Of a stretch of 64,000 nt of DNA, positions 1 through 20,427 are shown piece after piece. The notes beneath the pieces are model-generated. The model did no database searches and was not told where the DNA came from. It worked only from the letters and a program-made list of their open reading frames with translations. Source of the DNA: Chrysomallon squamiferum. Lineage: Eukaryota; Animalia; Mollusca. The stretch is taken from NCBI GenBank assembly GCA_012295275.1, contig CM022670.1, positions 2,790,001 to 2,854,000 on the forward strand, in the 5' to 3' direction. The position numbers were made by a program, and so were the translations under genes. Numbering within the stretch: the first letter of the stretch is position 1; each line of letters starts with the position of its first letter.

Positions 1-20
1 TTCTGTTGTTTTTTCTGCAG

Positions 21-276
21 GTTTCCTTGCAGGAGTCGACTCCTCCTGAGCATTCAGTGATACGCCTGAGAGCGACAGACAGAGATGCGGGGAGGAACGC
101 TGAAATCACCTACCACATGGCCCACAGCCCATCCGGCAGCTTCTACATTGACTCGAAAACTGGTGAGTGACACGCTGTGACAAGTAAAATTCAAACTGAT
201 GTAGTATCTGCTTTTTTTTCACCTGACTTATTTGCTATCTCAGTGCTTGTAATTATTGTTTATTGAAGGCATGTAA

Positions 277-325
<49 letters not shown>

Positions 326-3300
326 TGTTTATAAGTGTGAGTATGCTAACTAGTAAACCTTTGGAGAAAGATAATATTTTATTCCATTTCATCAGTGCAG
401 TTAGAAAAATAATTATTAAGAATTTGAATACATAATGCACTTATGAACTGATCTTTAAATTTCAAAATATTTGCATATTTATATGTGTTTATAATACTTC
501 TGTAGCTTATTCATACACACTGTAAATAATTAAACTGAATGCTGTTTGTTTCTTACAGGAACTATTTACACCAACAAGACGCTGTCCCACCAAACAGGTG
601 ACTCTGTCATTCAGCTAGTTGTCACTGCGCAGGACGGTGGCACGCCGATGTTGTCATCAATGGTTGCTGTTCACGTGCAGATCACAAGAATTAACAAATA
701 CGACCCTGAGTTTGAAAAGTCCAACTATGTGTGAGTAACCACAGAGTTAAATAAACCATTTATCTAAAATTTTAAACTGAGGAGGATATCTGATGAAAGG
801 TTGTTAGTGGAATCAGGCTTTCATTACCTGTCCCTGCCATATCACAGGCCATACCTGTATTGTTCTATCTTAGAAAAGTAAATTATTTATCTTATCATTG
901 GTTTTTCTCTCAAAGTATCATTGAAGAAAAAAGGTTTCATGATTTTAACCCAGTGAAAAAAACAGGGGTTTCTTTAAATATTCCATTTTATGTCAGTAGA
1001 TAAAAATAAGGTTTAATTACTTAAATATTCTAAGATTTTTTATTATTTACTTACAATTTTCTCCTTATATGTTATAGCATTAAAAACCAATTAAAATAAT
1101 ATCCATCTATCTATCTGTCTATCTGTTTTTCTGTCTGTCTATCTGTTTTTCTATCTGTCTATCAGTCCATCTTCTTATATATATTCATCCTAAAATTACT
1201 GTATTTGATATTCAGAGTTAAATATATTTTTCGTCACTTTCTTATAAACTGATTTTTTTGTGTTTAATCCAGTGCTAAGATCAGTGAAGCTTCAATGACT
1301 GGAGATCTGGTTCTGAAGGTGAAGGCCACTGATGCAGACTACAGCACACGAGAAAGCAATGTTGAGTACCGGCTGGAGAACGGTCGTGGTGTTTTCCAGA
1401 TCCGACGTAAGACTGGAGAGATTTTCCTAGCAAGCCAGGTGGACAGAGAAAACATCGCCCGCTACGACCTGACTGTGGTTGCCAAGGACCGAGGAAATCC
1501 TGTCAAAAGTTCTGCTGTTCCGCTCACAGTTTTCATCACTGATGTCAATGACAACCCACCACATTTCCACCAGCCCGACAGCATCTACCACGTCACCCTG
1601 CCGGAAGGTTACCCTTCGGAACGAGTCTTCCTCAACGTCACTGCCGAGGACGCTGATGAAGGCGTGCATGCTCAGATTCTTTACACCATCACCTCAGGCA
1701 ACAACGAGGGAATATTTTTCATTCACGGAGAAACTGGTGGAGCTTTCATCATGCCCAAGGCTGAGCTGGACTACGAGAGTGCCACTTCACACAGGCTGAT
1801 AGTCAGAGCCGTGGACTGCACAAACTGTTCATCCAGCACCCCAAAACTTTCAGCCTTTGTGACAGTGGACATCAATGTCACAGACCTGAATGAGTTCCCT
1901 CCAGTCTTTCCTCTTTCTCCGTTTGAAGTCAGCGTGTATGAAAACCGTGAGGTTGGGTCTACTGTGTTCCAGGCTCAGGCCAATGATGGTGATGCAGGAC
2001 CTCAAGGTGTACTTACTTACAGCATTGTCAATGATAACCGTGACTCAAAGTTCTTTGCTGTTGATTCAAAAAGTGGATATGTTTTGACGCAAAATGTGTT
2101 TGACTTTGAGAAAAGGAATGAATACAGCTTCCAGATCAAAGCAGAAGACATTGGAGGACTCACTGATGAGGTTAAAGTGCTTGTTAAAATTCTTGATGAC
2201 GATGAATATACTCCCACATTTGCTAGAAGTGATTACAGTTTCTCTGTTAAAGGCAGTGCCAAAGCTGGAGACTTTGTAGGCCGAGTTTCAGCTAGTGACA
2301 GAGACGGAGGCACTGCGGGGAGAGTTGTGTATCGCTTGAAATCAGAGGAGGATTATTTCCACATTGACTCGAATACTGGGAACATAACTGTCAAACTTGC
2401 CTTCCATGATGATCCTCCAAGACACAGGAAGAAGAGAGCTTTGACTGGGGAAGAGAAGGAACTCACTATAGAAGCCTGGTCAGGCATGCAAAATTCACGT
2501 GTGTCTTCTACCCGTGTGACAGTAAACATTGACCGCACTTGTGAAGGTTGTGTGTATGTGCCAAAGACACAAACAGGAGGTGTTGAACCCGTTGTTCTTG
2601 CTGTAATAATTGTTGTCATCATCATCGTGCTCTTAGTAGCTATCAGTATATTTGTGTTCTGTCTTATTCGTAAACGACGTCAGAAACAACCACCACCAGA
2701 CAGCAATGGCTACAGCGAGGGTCCTTTCAGTGCACCCGACATCGCGCCTCCTCCAATCACTCACCAGCGTAATGGCGACGTCTTCAAGAACAAGTTTTTG
2801 CACATCAACCACAACGTGTCTAACATCACCAGTTCTGACATCTCTGAACATTCACACAACTCGGCATCGAGTGGCCGAGGTTCTGCCGAGGAGGACGTGG
2901 ATGAGGAAGTTCAGATGATCACTGAGAGCAGCTTCCTCAACAGTTCTCAAGGATTCCGCAGGAAGACAATGCCTGATTCCGGAATCCAGCAAGATGACGA
3001 CACTTTGTCAGAACCTTCTGTACAGACTCATCAAGAATACTTAGCCAAACTGGGCATAGACTCTACAAAAATAGGCAAGCCAAAACCAGTGAAACAAGTG
3101 ATAAATCATTCAGTGGAAAGCATGCATCAGTTTTCTGACGAAGGTGGTGGAGAGGGAAACCTGGAAGGTCAGAGTGACTACGACAAGATGACTGATGTAG
3201 AAACGGATGAGGAAGTTGCAATGATAGACAGAAACAAAGACATGGGCTTCCACGAGCCAGACGGCCAGCATCCAGGCTCCTTGTCCAGTGTTATAAACAG

Positions 3301-3865
3301 TGAGGAGGAATTCAGTGGCTCCTACAACTGGGACTACCTGCTGAACTGGGGGCCGCAGTATCAGCCCCTAGCTCACGTTTTCTCTGAAATCGCCAAACTA
3401 AAGGACGATTCCGTTCAGCCAAAAACACAACCAGTGAGAACTGTGCCGCAGCAGAGAACCAACACGTCACTTTATTTTAAAACAAAAACTGTCCCTCCAC
3501 CCATGATAACAAACACTCCACCCAAGGCTGTTGCTCCTCAGGTGATGGGTAGGCCGAACCTCACCTCCACCAGCAGCAGCTCCCACCCCCACTCGGGCTG
3601 GGCGAGTACAATGAACACCTCCATGCCCAGTCTGCCGCGTTCCCCCATCAGCTACGAGTCTAGTTTCACCTCGCCAGCACTAACCCCGTCCTTCGCTCCT
3701 TCCCTGTCTCCTCTAGGAGCAGGTTCTCCTTCTCCTCTTGTTAGTGCTCATGCTAATGGCTCACCTAACAGTTCGGGACAAAATACTCCAGGCAGACGAG
3801 TCTCAAAACAAAATGGACATTTAGCTCTTAGCAGTTCAGGGTCAGAACGGGAATTTAGAATATGA
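21..3865 (+). CDS. ds: Dachsous-family protocadherin, 3' part (exons 21-162, 559-730, 1273-3865; gene begins upstream of the window)
   Basis: The exons have AG/GT boundaries and join in frame (phase 1, then phase 2). They encode cadherin repeats (DRE, DxNDNxPxF, AxDxD motifs) and a TM helix (VVLAVIIVVIIIVLLVAISIFVFCLI). The cytoplasmic motifs SSGRGS and GSYNWDYLLNWGPQYQPLAHVFSEIAKLKD are typical of Dachsous/DCHS. The C-terminus is EFRI. Confidence 0.92.
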
Positions 3866-5120
3866 AGATTTTTCCGAAGTTATTTTGTAAATGTTTTTGT
3901 TTCATAGTTGTAAATAGTAAGCATTGTCGTTTTTATTTTTATATTTTATATTTATTATTATTATTATTAAAACAGATAATAAATTAAGTTGAAAATACAA
4001 ATTTAAATTGGTAAATAAAAAGAACAACAGATTTCAGTTTTATTTTGATACCCCAGATTTTATACAGTTATATAGCTGTTTTATTTTATTTTACTTTTCC
4101 TCTACATTTTTTTACCATTTGTTTTGTCCTGTTCTTTTTATTATTATTATTTTTTAAACATATACATCATTACTGTTAAAATGTTTTATTTATGACATCT
4201 CTTACAATCTGCATTGTTTTTTTATTTACACCTATCAGTACATATTTGTACTTTGTCATCTCTGTACAGAAATACTGAAAGTTTCTGACCACATCAGTGG
4301 TTTTATAACAACTGCTGACATTTCATTTATGCTTTGTTATTGTTATTCAGTTCATTTTAATATCCTCTTTTTATAATTTTAAATTTGTTTATGCTTATTA
4401 TTATTTAATTATTCATTGAAATTTTAAGGCTTTTTAATTTTATTAAATTCACATAGTTATTTATTATTATTTTTATGACTCCTGTTAATAATTATCATCA
4501 TCATCATCATCATCATCATCACTATCATCGTTTTCGTCATCGTTGTGATTTTAAATCAGAATGTTAGTGTAAGGCAATATCTGTCAATACAGCTGAGATA
4601 GGACAAAGCCTAAAAAGGATTTTTGTAATTAATACCCATTTCTGATATATAAAATTACATTACTAACCACATCATAAGAAAACCATTTGTAAAAGTGTCA
4701 CATGTATATTTACATGTGTTGTAAATAATCTTTTAAAATGATGATGTATATTTCTGTTTTTTTAGACATTCATTTTTTTTTTTCACTCTTCTTTTCATCT
4801 TTTCCATGGCTTTATTCTGGTTTACATTTCAATTAGGTTTCCTTTTCAAATTTATAAAAACCATAGTGATTGTGATAAACAATATTTGTTATTCTTATAT
4901 TGTAAACAAAAACAAACATACAGAAGCATTGTATATTTTGACTTATTACAAAGTGAGTACTTAAAATTATACTCTTTAATTCAGGTGGCCAGTTGTGTGG
5001 ATTTGTGTAATATTACAAAATCTTGCTCCAGATTTGAAATATTACAATATATTTGACAAATAGTCATGAAAGACTGAGTATCTAGATGTCTCATTAAAGA
5101 CTGACTAACATTGTAATTAC

Positions 5121-5151
<31 letters not shown>

Positions 5152-5853
5152 TCAGTCTAGTCCAGATATGAAATTTCTAAACTTAATAAATTTGAAAGGT
5201 TTAAGTTAAAGATGTTTTATTACATGTGTATAAAAGTTTTTCTCAGTTTTTTAAGACATTTTGATAATAACATTATTGTGTTATGAACTATGCAACTTCA
5301 TAAGAAATCATATATTTATTATCTTACATTAATGATCTGAATTAATTTTATATACACTGACAATTGTCATTTAATATTGCTATTTATTTTTAATTTTGTA
5401 TTTCATTAGCATTTTCATCTTTTTTTTATTTAAAAAAAAACTTTAAAAAAATAAAATAATGTTTTCTTGTACTTTCTAATTTATTTTAATTTATTTTAAG
5501 AAACATTCTGTTTATTTTATTTATATTATGATTATTATTATTTTAAAGTATAATCTACACCATTATTTACATCATCAAAAGGAAAGGTATGATCAGTATA
5601 CATGTATTATTTGATACAGCAGTTACAGTTGTGATGTTGGTTTAAAAAGACAATACTTGTAGAGAATATTAGTATTCTTGATTGTTTGCTGATGTTGTTT
5701 GTAAATCTATTTTTTTTTTATGAGTATCAAAACAGTGGTGTTCAATTATGCAAATTGTAGATACAATTGCTAGTTCAACTAATAAATTATCACAAAACTT
5801 TAATTTCAATAATGTAGATCAGTACATGGAGTGTGGAATGACAGATGGAAAAA

Positions 5854-5889
<36 letters not shown>

Positions 5890-6430
5890 AACAATACCAT
5901 TTATCATTTGATGACATTGCTAGGCTTTGAAACCAAAATTAAAAATTTAGTTATATGGAAACACCTGCTAAGTTATTTATATATTTTAAAAAAAGATGAT
6001 ATTATTTTTTTTATTTTTTTATTTATTGATTTATTATTATTATTATTATTTAATAGTTATTATTATTGTTTTTTAAAATAATGTTAAACGTTTATGATAT
6101 TATGTCACTTTGTAATGAAGTTAAACAGCTTCACAAAAGCGACACACTGAACAAATTGTAAAGTGATAGAGATGAAAGTATATTATTTTTACTTTATTTA
6201 TTATTTTAAATTTATCTTAAACATTGTATAACTTTCATCTACAATGACAATACACAGTGAACTGTTGTACACGAGAATTTGTATGAAAGACATGAATGGT
6301 TTCATTTTCATCATATTTAATAACCACTGTACACATGTAAATATTTATACAGTCTTTTGTAAGTTATCTTTTGGTAACTGAAGGCAATCAAAATAAGAAA
6401 CTTTAGTATAGATAAATATATATTAAATGC

Positions 6431-6436
6431 AATAAA
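6431..6436 (+). terminator. Candidate polyadenylation signal of dachsous (implies ~2.6 kb 3'UTR)
   Basis: AATAAA followed by a T/GT-rich downstream element (ttctgtgtttttttcagttgtttttcttgttg). Other AATAAA hexamers occur nearer the stop. Confidence 0.35.
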
Positions 6437-7887
6437 ACTCGATGAAATATTTTATTTGTTCTGTGTTTTTTTCAGTTGTTTTTCTTGTTGCTGTTTTTTA
6501 TTTATTTATTTATTTGAACTATAGTTTTAATTTTTGTTAGCTTTTTAAAAAGATTTTAAAACATTATTATTATTATTATTATAAAAAAAAAGTTGGACAG
6601 TAATAAAATGCATACAAGGAGCTAAGTTACTATTAATAATTCACTTCAGAAAAAACTGACATTTTTCTTAACTAAGACATATGCTTGCATGGATGCATAC
6701 ATAAATAATTTAACAGATACATACATAGATATATATATTATTATATTATCAACACACATTACATAAGAGTATATATTGAAAGGTTTGTGATATAATGTTA
6801 CATAAACACATCCCTGTATAAATTCCCTTCAGTTCAACATGCATAGTCAAATGGCAAAGCATTAACTATAGAGGTGATCACATTTTTGACAATACGGAAA
6901 CATTATTTTTATAAAAAGCTACAGGTCCCTAACATAATGAACAAATGAAGAAATACTTTTTATTCGAAGCATCCAAAACATTTGTATCTATATTTATAGT
7001 GCATCTTAAAATAAGAGAAAATCTTTTGCAGCCATATGACTTTTGACCTAATCATGGTTCATGAATAAAGGAAACACTTCATTGTCCAGAAAGAGAAAGC
7101 TGAATTCGTAAAAAAAAAAAAAAAAAAAACTTGACTGATATTTCAAAGGTAGGATGAGGTGATGAATTGTTTGATTAAACCTATTTTCAGATCTTCCCGC
7201 TAGGTTACCTGGTAAAATAACTAATTAGTAACTGAAACAGACTGATGTAAGATGCTGCCATTGTTACAGAGCCTACCATTGACACACAGCCTACCTCATA
7301 CAAAACAAAAACAAAATAAAATAACAGAGCTAAAGTTAATTAGTTCTCATTTCAGCAGTGTTTCCGTAATTAAAAATTAATAAAATAAAAAATAAAAAAA
7401 CATTAAAAAAAAATAATAAAAATAAAACATAATAAAAAATAAATAAATAAACAGCATAAAATGTGTTTTTCTATTTTTTTCATATATTAATTGTGGATAT
7501 CAGAAAACAAAGCACCATCAATTTGTGAGAATAACTTTGAAGAAGAAATTTATTTCTTTTATTTATTTATTTATTTGTTTATTTTTTGTTTTGTTTATTT
7601 TATTTCACTGTTCATTATTATTTTCATTATTAACTAATTAATTAAGTTTATTTTATTATCATTTTTATTTCTGTTAATCTAATTGACACATCAGTCACTA
7701 ATATGACCATGACCTTGACCTTCTAGAAAGGCAACACAGGTATGCTGTTGATAAGGGTGGCTGGTTGTCACATAGCTTTGCCAGAAAGAAAAAAAAGATT
7801 AAAAAGAACTTGCTGAAGGTGAAGGTCACTCGTTTACTGTTGGTTTGTTACAAACGGACAGCTGACGTTAGTTGTGGGTGTTTCAAA

Positions 7888-8305
7888 ATGCTGCAGTCTT
7901 CAGATCAGCTAGTTGTCACGGATGAAGAAAAAGGTAAGAAGAATCGGTTTATGTAAGTCTGACAGCGCGCGTGTGTAATTAGTGTGACCACAGTTTTACT
8001 GTAAAGCCTGTATTTACAGGCGAGAACAGCAACAACTCAGCGAAATTTAAAAGTGCTAAAAATAGCTACAGTGGCGATTTGGGTATATTTTGTGGATGTG
8101 AGCGGGTGCGCGCGCATTTGTGTGTATATACCTGATAATCTGTATGCGTACGGGCATATGAATGTGACATTAAGTGTTCCTAATGTTAACTGCAGTTTAA
8201 AACAGTTCTTGATTAGACTAAATACACAGTTTTCTACTTCCGACCAGATCATTTGAACGATTCTCGATTCAGCCAAAAAAAAAAAAAAAAAAAAAAAAAA
8301 AATAG

Positions 8306-8337
<32 letters not shown>

Positions 8338-8354
8338 AATAAATAAATAAAAAA

Positions 8355-8393
<39 letters not shown>

Positions 8394-8666
8394 ACAAAAA
8401 AACAACAACAAAAAACAAAAACAAATAAAAAATAAAAAATAAGAAAATAAAAGATTTAAAATATATAAATATAAATAAATAAATAAATAATACGAAATAA
8501 ACAAGCATATATGCGATCTTACAATAGAAAAGGTTTTTTACATTTTCAGTTTTTACAGACAAAACAATTTCTGCATGTGTTTGTTAGTTTACTACCATGA
8601 CCTGGTTTTTGTTCATAAACGTAAAACTAAAAGGATAAAGTAGATTCTAAAACTATTTTATTATGT

Positions 8667-8711
<45 letters not shown>

Positions 8712-10610
8712 ATTGATTGATTATAATATGTTCGAAAACATTTATTTATTTATGTTGTATTATTAATTTATTCAACATTTGGTTTGGTCTCAAATGGTTA
8801 TTTAAGATTATATATTAAATAATATTTAGATTAGTATTTTTCTTCTTCTTTTTTTTTTTCCCCTCGTACAGCGCAGATGAAAATAAAAAGATCACGTGGT
8901 TTGCAGAATCTACGAAAGCTAGCTGTCGTTCAGCTATTTTTTGGATTTGTTGCCTGTACTGTTGGAGTTGTTTCCCTTGTTTATGGTATTAAAGATAACC
9001 CGCAGTGGCCGTTTATCGGCGGATTTGGACTGTGGATTGGAGTTCTGGTAAACATTTTATTTTTCTTCTTTAATATTTGCACAATAATTATGTTTACTTT
9101 GCAAAATACAGTATGTAACACAATATATGACTGCATAAGAATAGGTGGTGTTTTTATTCTGTAAAAATAAATAAACAAAATAAATAAATAAATAAATAAA
9201 TAAATAAATTAATAAACATCTTTATTAAACATCTTTCATTTTCAGGAATTTCTTATTGCAACGTTTGGCATTCTGGCAGCAGATGAGGGCATCGGCAACG
9301 ACGATGTCAGCTACAAACTGAAAACATTTGTAAGTTTTATTACTTAATACCGTCACGATAAATCTAATGTTTGTGGTCATTTGAGTTATAAATACAACTT
9401 AAACCTTTTTAACAACGTAACTGTTAGCATCTGACATTTATTCTGGTGTGCATATTCCTTATTTTGCATTATAAAATATAAACTTATAAAAATATAAGAT
9501 AATACAGTGCAATACAATAAAATTAAATATACTATAATGTAACATAACTCAGTACAATATAAAATAGTTATAAATTATGACACAATATGATAAGATACTT
9601 AGAAACTAAAATAATGTTTTATGTTTGTATAGTAATACACAGTATAATACAGTAATAGAAATGTGATACTATTCTGTACTGTAATGTTATGTAATATAAA
9701 ATAATATAACATGCAATGCTACACTATATTATACTGTACTATGATATGTTATACTAAACTATACTATATTATACCAATATTTTACTATACTATACTTTAA
9801 TTAATAAACTATTCTATACTATACTGTAATAATAAACTACTAGTATAATACTATTAATACTATACTGTTCTGTACTGTAGTATAGTACACTACATTACAC
9901 TATACTATACTTTAATATACTATACATTAGTACAGTATAGTCTACTATAATAATAAACTACTAATACTAATACTATACTATACTACACTACACTACACTA
10001 CCATACTAGACTAGATTAGACTATACTATACTATACTATACTATATTATACTATATTATACTATACTTTAATATACTATACTATACTGTACTGTATTATA
10101 CTATACTACACTATACTATACTTTAATATACTATACTATACTATAATGTACTATACTATACTACATGTAATGTAAAGCAGTGTAATGTGTTTTGTTTAGA
10201 TAATGATGAACTACGTGTTCAGTGTTGTCAGCTTTTCACCGTGTATTCTCATCCTGATCTGGAGCTCTACAGGAATTCGCTACTGCGTCGACGAAGTCAA
10301 TGTCACGAACCACTTCAAATGTTTGCCTGACAAAGATGCCAAGATGGCCACAAGCATCGTCACACTGCTGTTAGCCATCATCATTGCAGTTTTCAGCCTG
10401 ATTTCTTCAATATTCTTCTGTTACTACAAAAGAACATTTGGATTTAAATCGAGAAGGGAATGTCGATTACAGAGGACATCGTGTCAGATGCAAGTGGCAC
10501 AACAACAGCAACAACAACAGCAACAGCAGCAGCAGCAGGGTTTTGGTGTCATAAATTCGACACAGCCCTTGCAGAATAGTTCATATTACCAGTGGGATCA
10601 AAAATATTAA
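7888..10610 (+). CDS. Four-transmembrane MS4A/CD20-like membrane protein, ~238 aa (exons 7888-7933, 8872-9047, 9246-9329, 10200-10610)
   Basis: All junctions are GT-AG and in frame (717 nt). There are four hydrophobic helices: LAVVQLFFGFVACTVGVVSLVYG, GFGLWIGVLEFLIATFGILA, YVFSVVSFSPCILILIW and TSIVTLLLAIIIAVFSLISSIFFC. A GxGxWxG motif starts TM2, the TM3-TM4 loop has two Cys, and the tail is poly-Q. Confidence 0.75.
9700..10165. repeat. Degenerate (CTATA/TACTA)n pentanucleotide satellite in intron 3 of the tetraspan gene
   Basis: Visible tandem actat/atact units. Confidence 0.85.
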
Positions 10611-11901
10611 ACAGCCGAAGTTTAACTGGAATAATAATATTATTTATTATTTGTATGTTCTACGTGGATATCAAAACACATGGCATGCTTGATATCAAGA
10701 AATAAAGATATGATTCTAGAAACTTAAGTATAGACAGATACACATACACCACACTGTATATACATGTATTAAGACAAAAATACCATAAACGTACATATGC
10801 ATTTACAATTGTTGTATTAGAGCATAAAGCATATTGGTAAAATTTAGCTTTAAAGTGAATAACAAGAAAGAATGGTTGTGAATGGGAGTTAGTATATATG
10901 TTAATTAAATTTTTAAAACTTTGTTTGCAATAAACAGTGTACATTGTATTTTTATTTTGTATGTATTTTTAATGTAATTTTTGGAGTTTTAAAATTATTA
11001 TCCAAAGATTAACCAGGTTTGAATATATTATTACATTTTTAAAGCACTATTTGTTGGAATATAAAGTATATAGATTTATATTATATATTTTATTCTTTTT
11101 TTAATCTTTTTTTCTTTGAATTAGTTTCCACAAATTAACATAATTTGTAAAATTTTATATGACAAATATTAGATTATAACCATGATATATTTTACTGTAT
11201 TTCAGAGGTATCATTTGTGTATATATAAAGGGTACAAATTTATTAAATATAATTGTTATTTATGTATATGAAATATTGTTTCTATTTTTACAGATTTATA
11301 CTGACAAATAAAATATTTATTTTTAACTTCATATTTTGTTCATTGTGAATTTTAATTGTTTTCAAAACAGAAATTACGATTCACTAAGCAATTTTTAATA
11401 CAAGAAAGGAAACTCATTCTAAATTACATCTGACTTTTTATTAGTTCTGTTTGAGACACAAAGGTAATAAATAAATATTCATAAATACAAAGAAATTAAT
11501 GAAGATTTAATCAAATTAAAAAAAGAGAAACAGTTCCCCCCCCCAACAAAACAATAACTAATGAAATAAAACAAGAAAATAAAAATAAATGGATGGACAA
11601 AGAAACATAATGTAATCAACTTAATACACAATAAATAAAAAAAATAAAAACAAAAAAAAAAGTTTTTAGATAAATAAATAAATAATGCAAGAAAATACAA
11701 TCATCTGTTTTAATTTTTCCGGTTCCTAGATTAACATTATAAATATTTTCTTCAAGCTTTAACATCATTTATACGTTCACATCCTTCATAACAGGGTTTC
11801 TAATCTCATACACAAATCTTCACATTTCAAAACACATACATCTCTACACCACAGACACCTCTGTCCAATTCTTTACATAAACAGTTCATCTATTACAGTC
11901 A

Positions 11902-18685
<6,784 letters not shown>

Positions 18686-20020
18686 TGCTACTGTTATAGT
18701 TTCTTTCTACGTCATCATGTCGAAATTTACAAATTGTATGTTAAATAGATGGTGTATAGGTATATATATGTGTGTGTGAACTACTTATAATGTAAATAGC
18801 AGAATAAATATGATATCCCTGTATGTTACAAAGTTAAGGATAACCAGTCATCCATTGCATTTATATACACACATACTGTAACTCTATGCTTCAGATGTTT
18901 TAAATAACCTGTTCCAAAGTTTTTTTAATCAGGCAGTTCTACATTGTCAACTGCTCTAGAAATGATTAGTGTTTTACGTCCAGTATTCTTGTCAATTACA
19001 CCGAGTGTAACGTATACACTTTACTGTCTATTCTGTGTTTCAAAGACATACGAGAAAAAGTCACGCTTCAGTGAATCTTGTTTGATTACACTGAAGAATT
19101 GCTAATAACAGTCTTTTTAACCTTGTATATCAAATCACAACAAAGAAATACCTTGAAATACCTTATGACACCATCTTGGACATGCAGAATAATAATGTAT
19201 GGAGGAAAAAAAAATTGAACTATCAAATTTCTTACCGTTAGCTGAACTCTTGCTAAAGAAACAAAAGATTGTTAAACAAAACAAAAAGAACCTTAACATT
19301 TGACCAAGGCAGGCAACAATACGCACGCCATGTTTTTGATAATGTTAACTACATTCCAAACAGACTATGTACAATTGTTACATATCCTTTTCTCTATGTT
19401 GTTTTCTCTGCACAGGAGATTGCATCTTTCCAACACGCATCGAAGAAAAAAATCAGTCCACCCGACAATTAGATACGATGATAACTTCCAAGGAAGTTAT
19501 ACAGAAAGTATTCCACTGGTTAAAATTAACCTAGTCAATACTGCACTTGAACTGAACACCGTATTCCACCTCTTCGCGAATCAAAATAAATCTCCAACTC
19601 TTTCTTCACCTTATTTCCTAGTGTTCTTTTTTCTTTTGTCTCGAAAGCAAACTGCACGCAGACCACATAACTAATCAGGACTCCAAAACTGGTTGACCAT
19701 TACGTAAATGAAAAAAAAAAAATAAAGGAAAAAAAAAGTCTTGTCGCGAAGCTCGTTAAGGCTTAACCTGTGTACAAAGTCTTATTCTGCCTGGTTTAGG
19801 CGATAAACACTTAACCGGCTTTTTTTGAACAGAGATCCTTTCTTCTGTTACCTCTGGTAATTACTCTGTTTTTACACCCCTCAGCGGATCTGTAAGTTGT
19901 AACTGGCCATTTAAGTGTACTGGTACTTTATGTTACGAACTCGTGTTAATTGCTGTTCTCGTTGTAATATGTTGTAGTACGTGTTGTCTTGTCGGGGGAG
20001 AGAAAAAAAAAGTGTGTTTC

Positions 20021-20057
<37 letters not shown>

Positions 20058-20385
20058 TGTGATTAATAATTAGAATTCTATGAAAATATATTCTTGCTAA
20101 TTATTCATATATTATTTATATCAGATTTTGAGATAATAATGATATAATGTATCATAGCAACACAAAATAGTAATAACAATAACAAAAATAACAATACTAC
20201 TACTACTACTACTACTATTATTACTACTAAAATAATAATAATAACATTAATAACAATAATTATTATAGCAAAAACAATAAATATAAACAAATAAGTAAAC
20301 AAATAAATAAATAAATAAATTTAAAAAAACTAAAACAAGCGAAACATAAGCAAAAACAACAACAAACAAATTATACACGATCTTT

Positions 20386-20391
20386 TTTATT
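20386..20391 (-). terminator. Polyadenylation signal of the Cys-rich peptide gene
   Basis: AATAAA on the minus strand ~37 nt after the stop, followed by GT-rich tgtttgttgttgtttttg. Confidence 0.6.
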
Positions 20392-20427
20392 CACGTCAAG
20401 AGCACGTTTTCTCTTTCTATTAACGAA

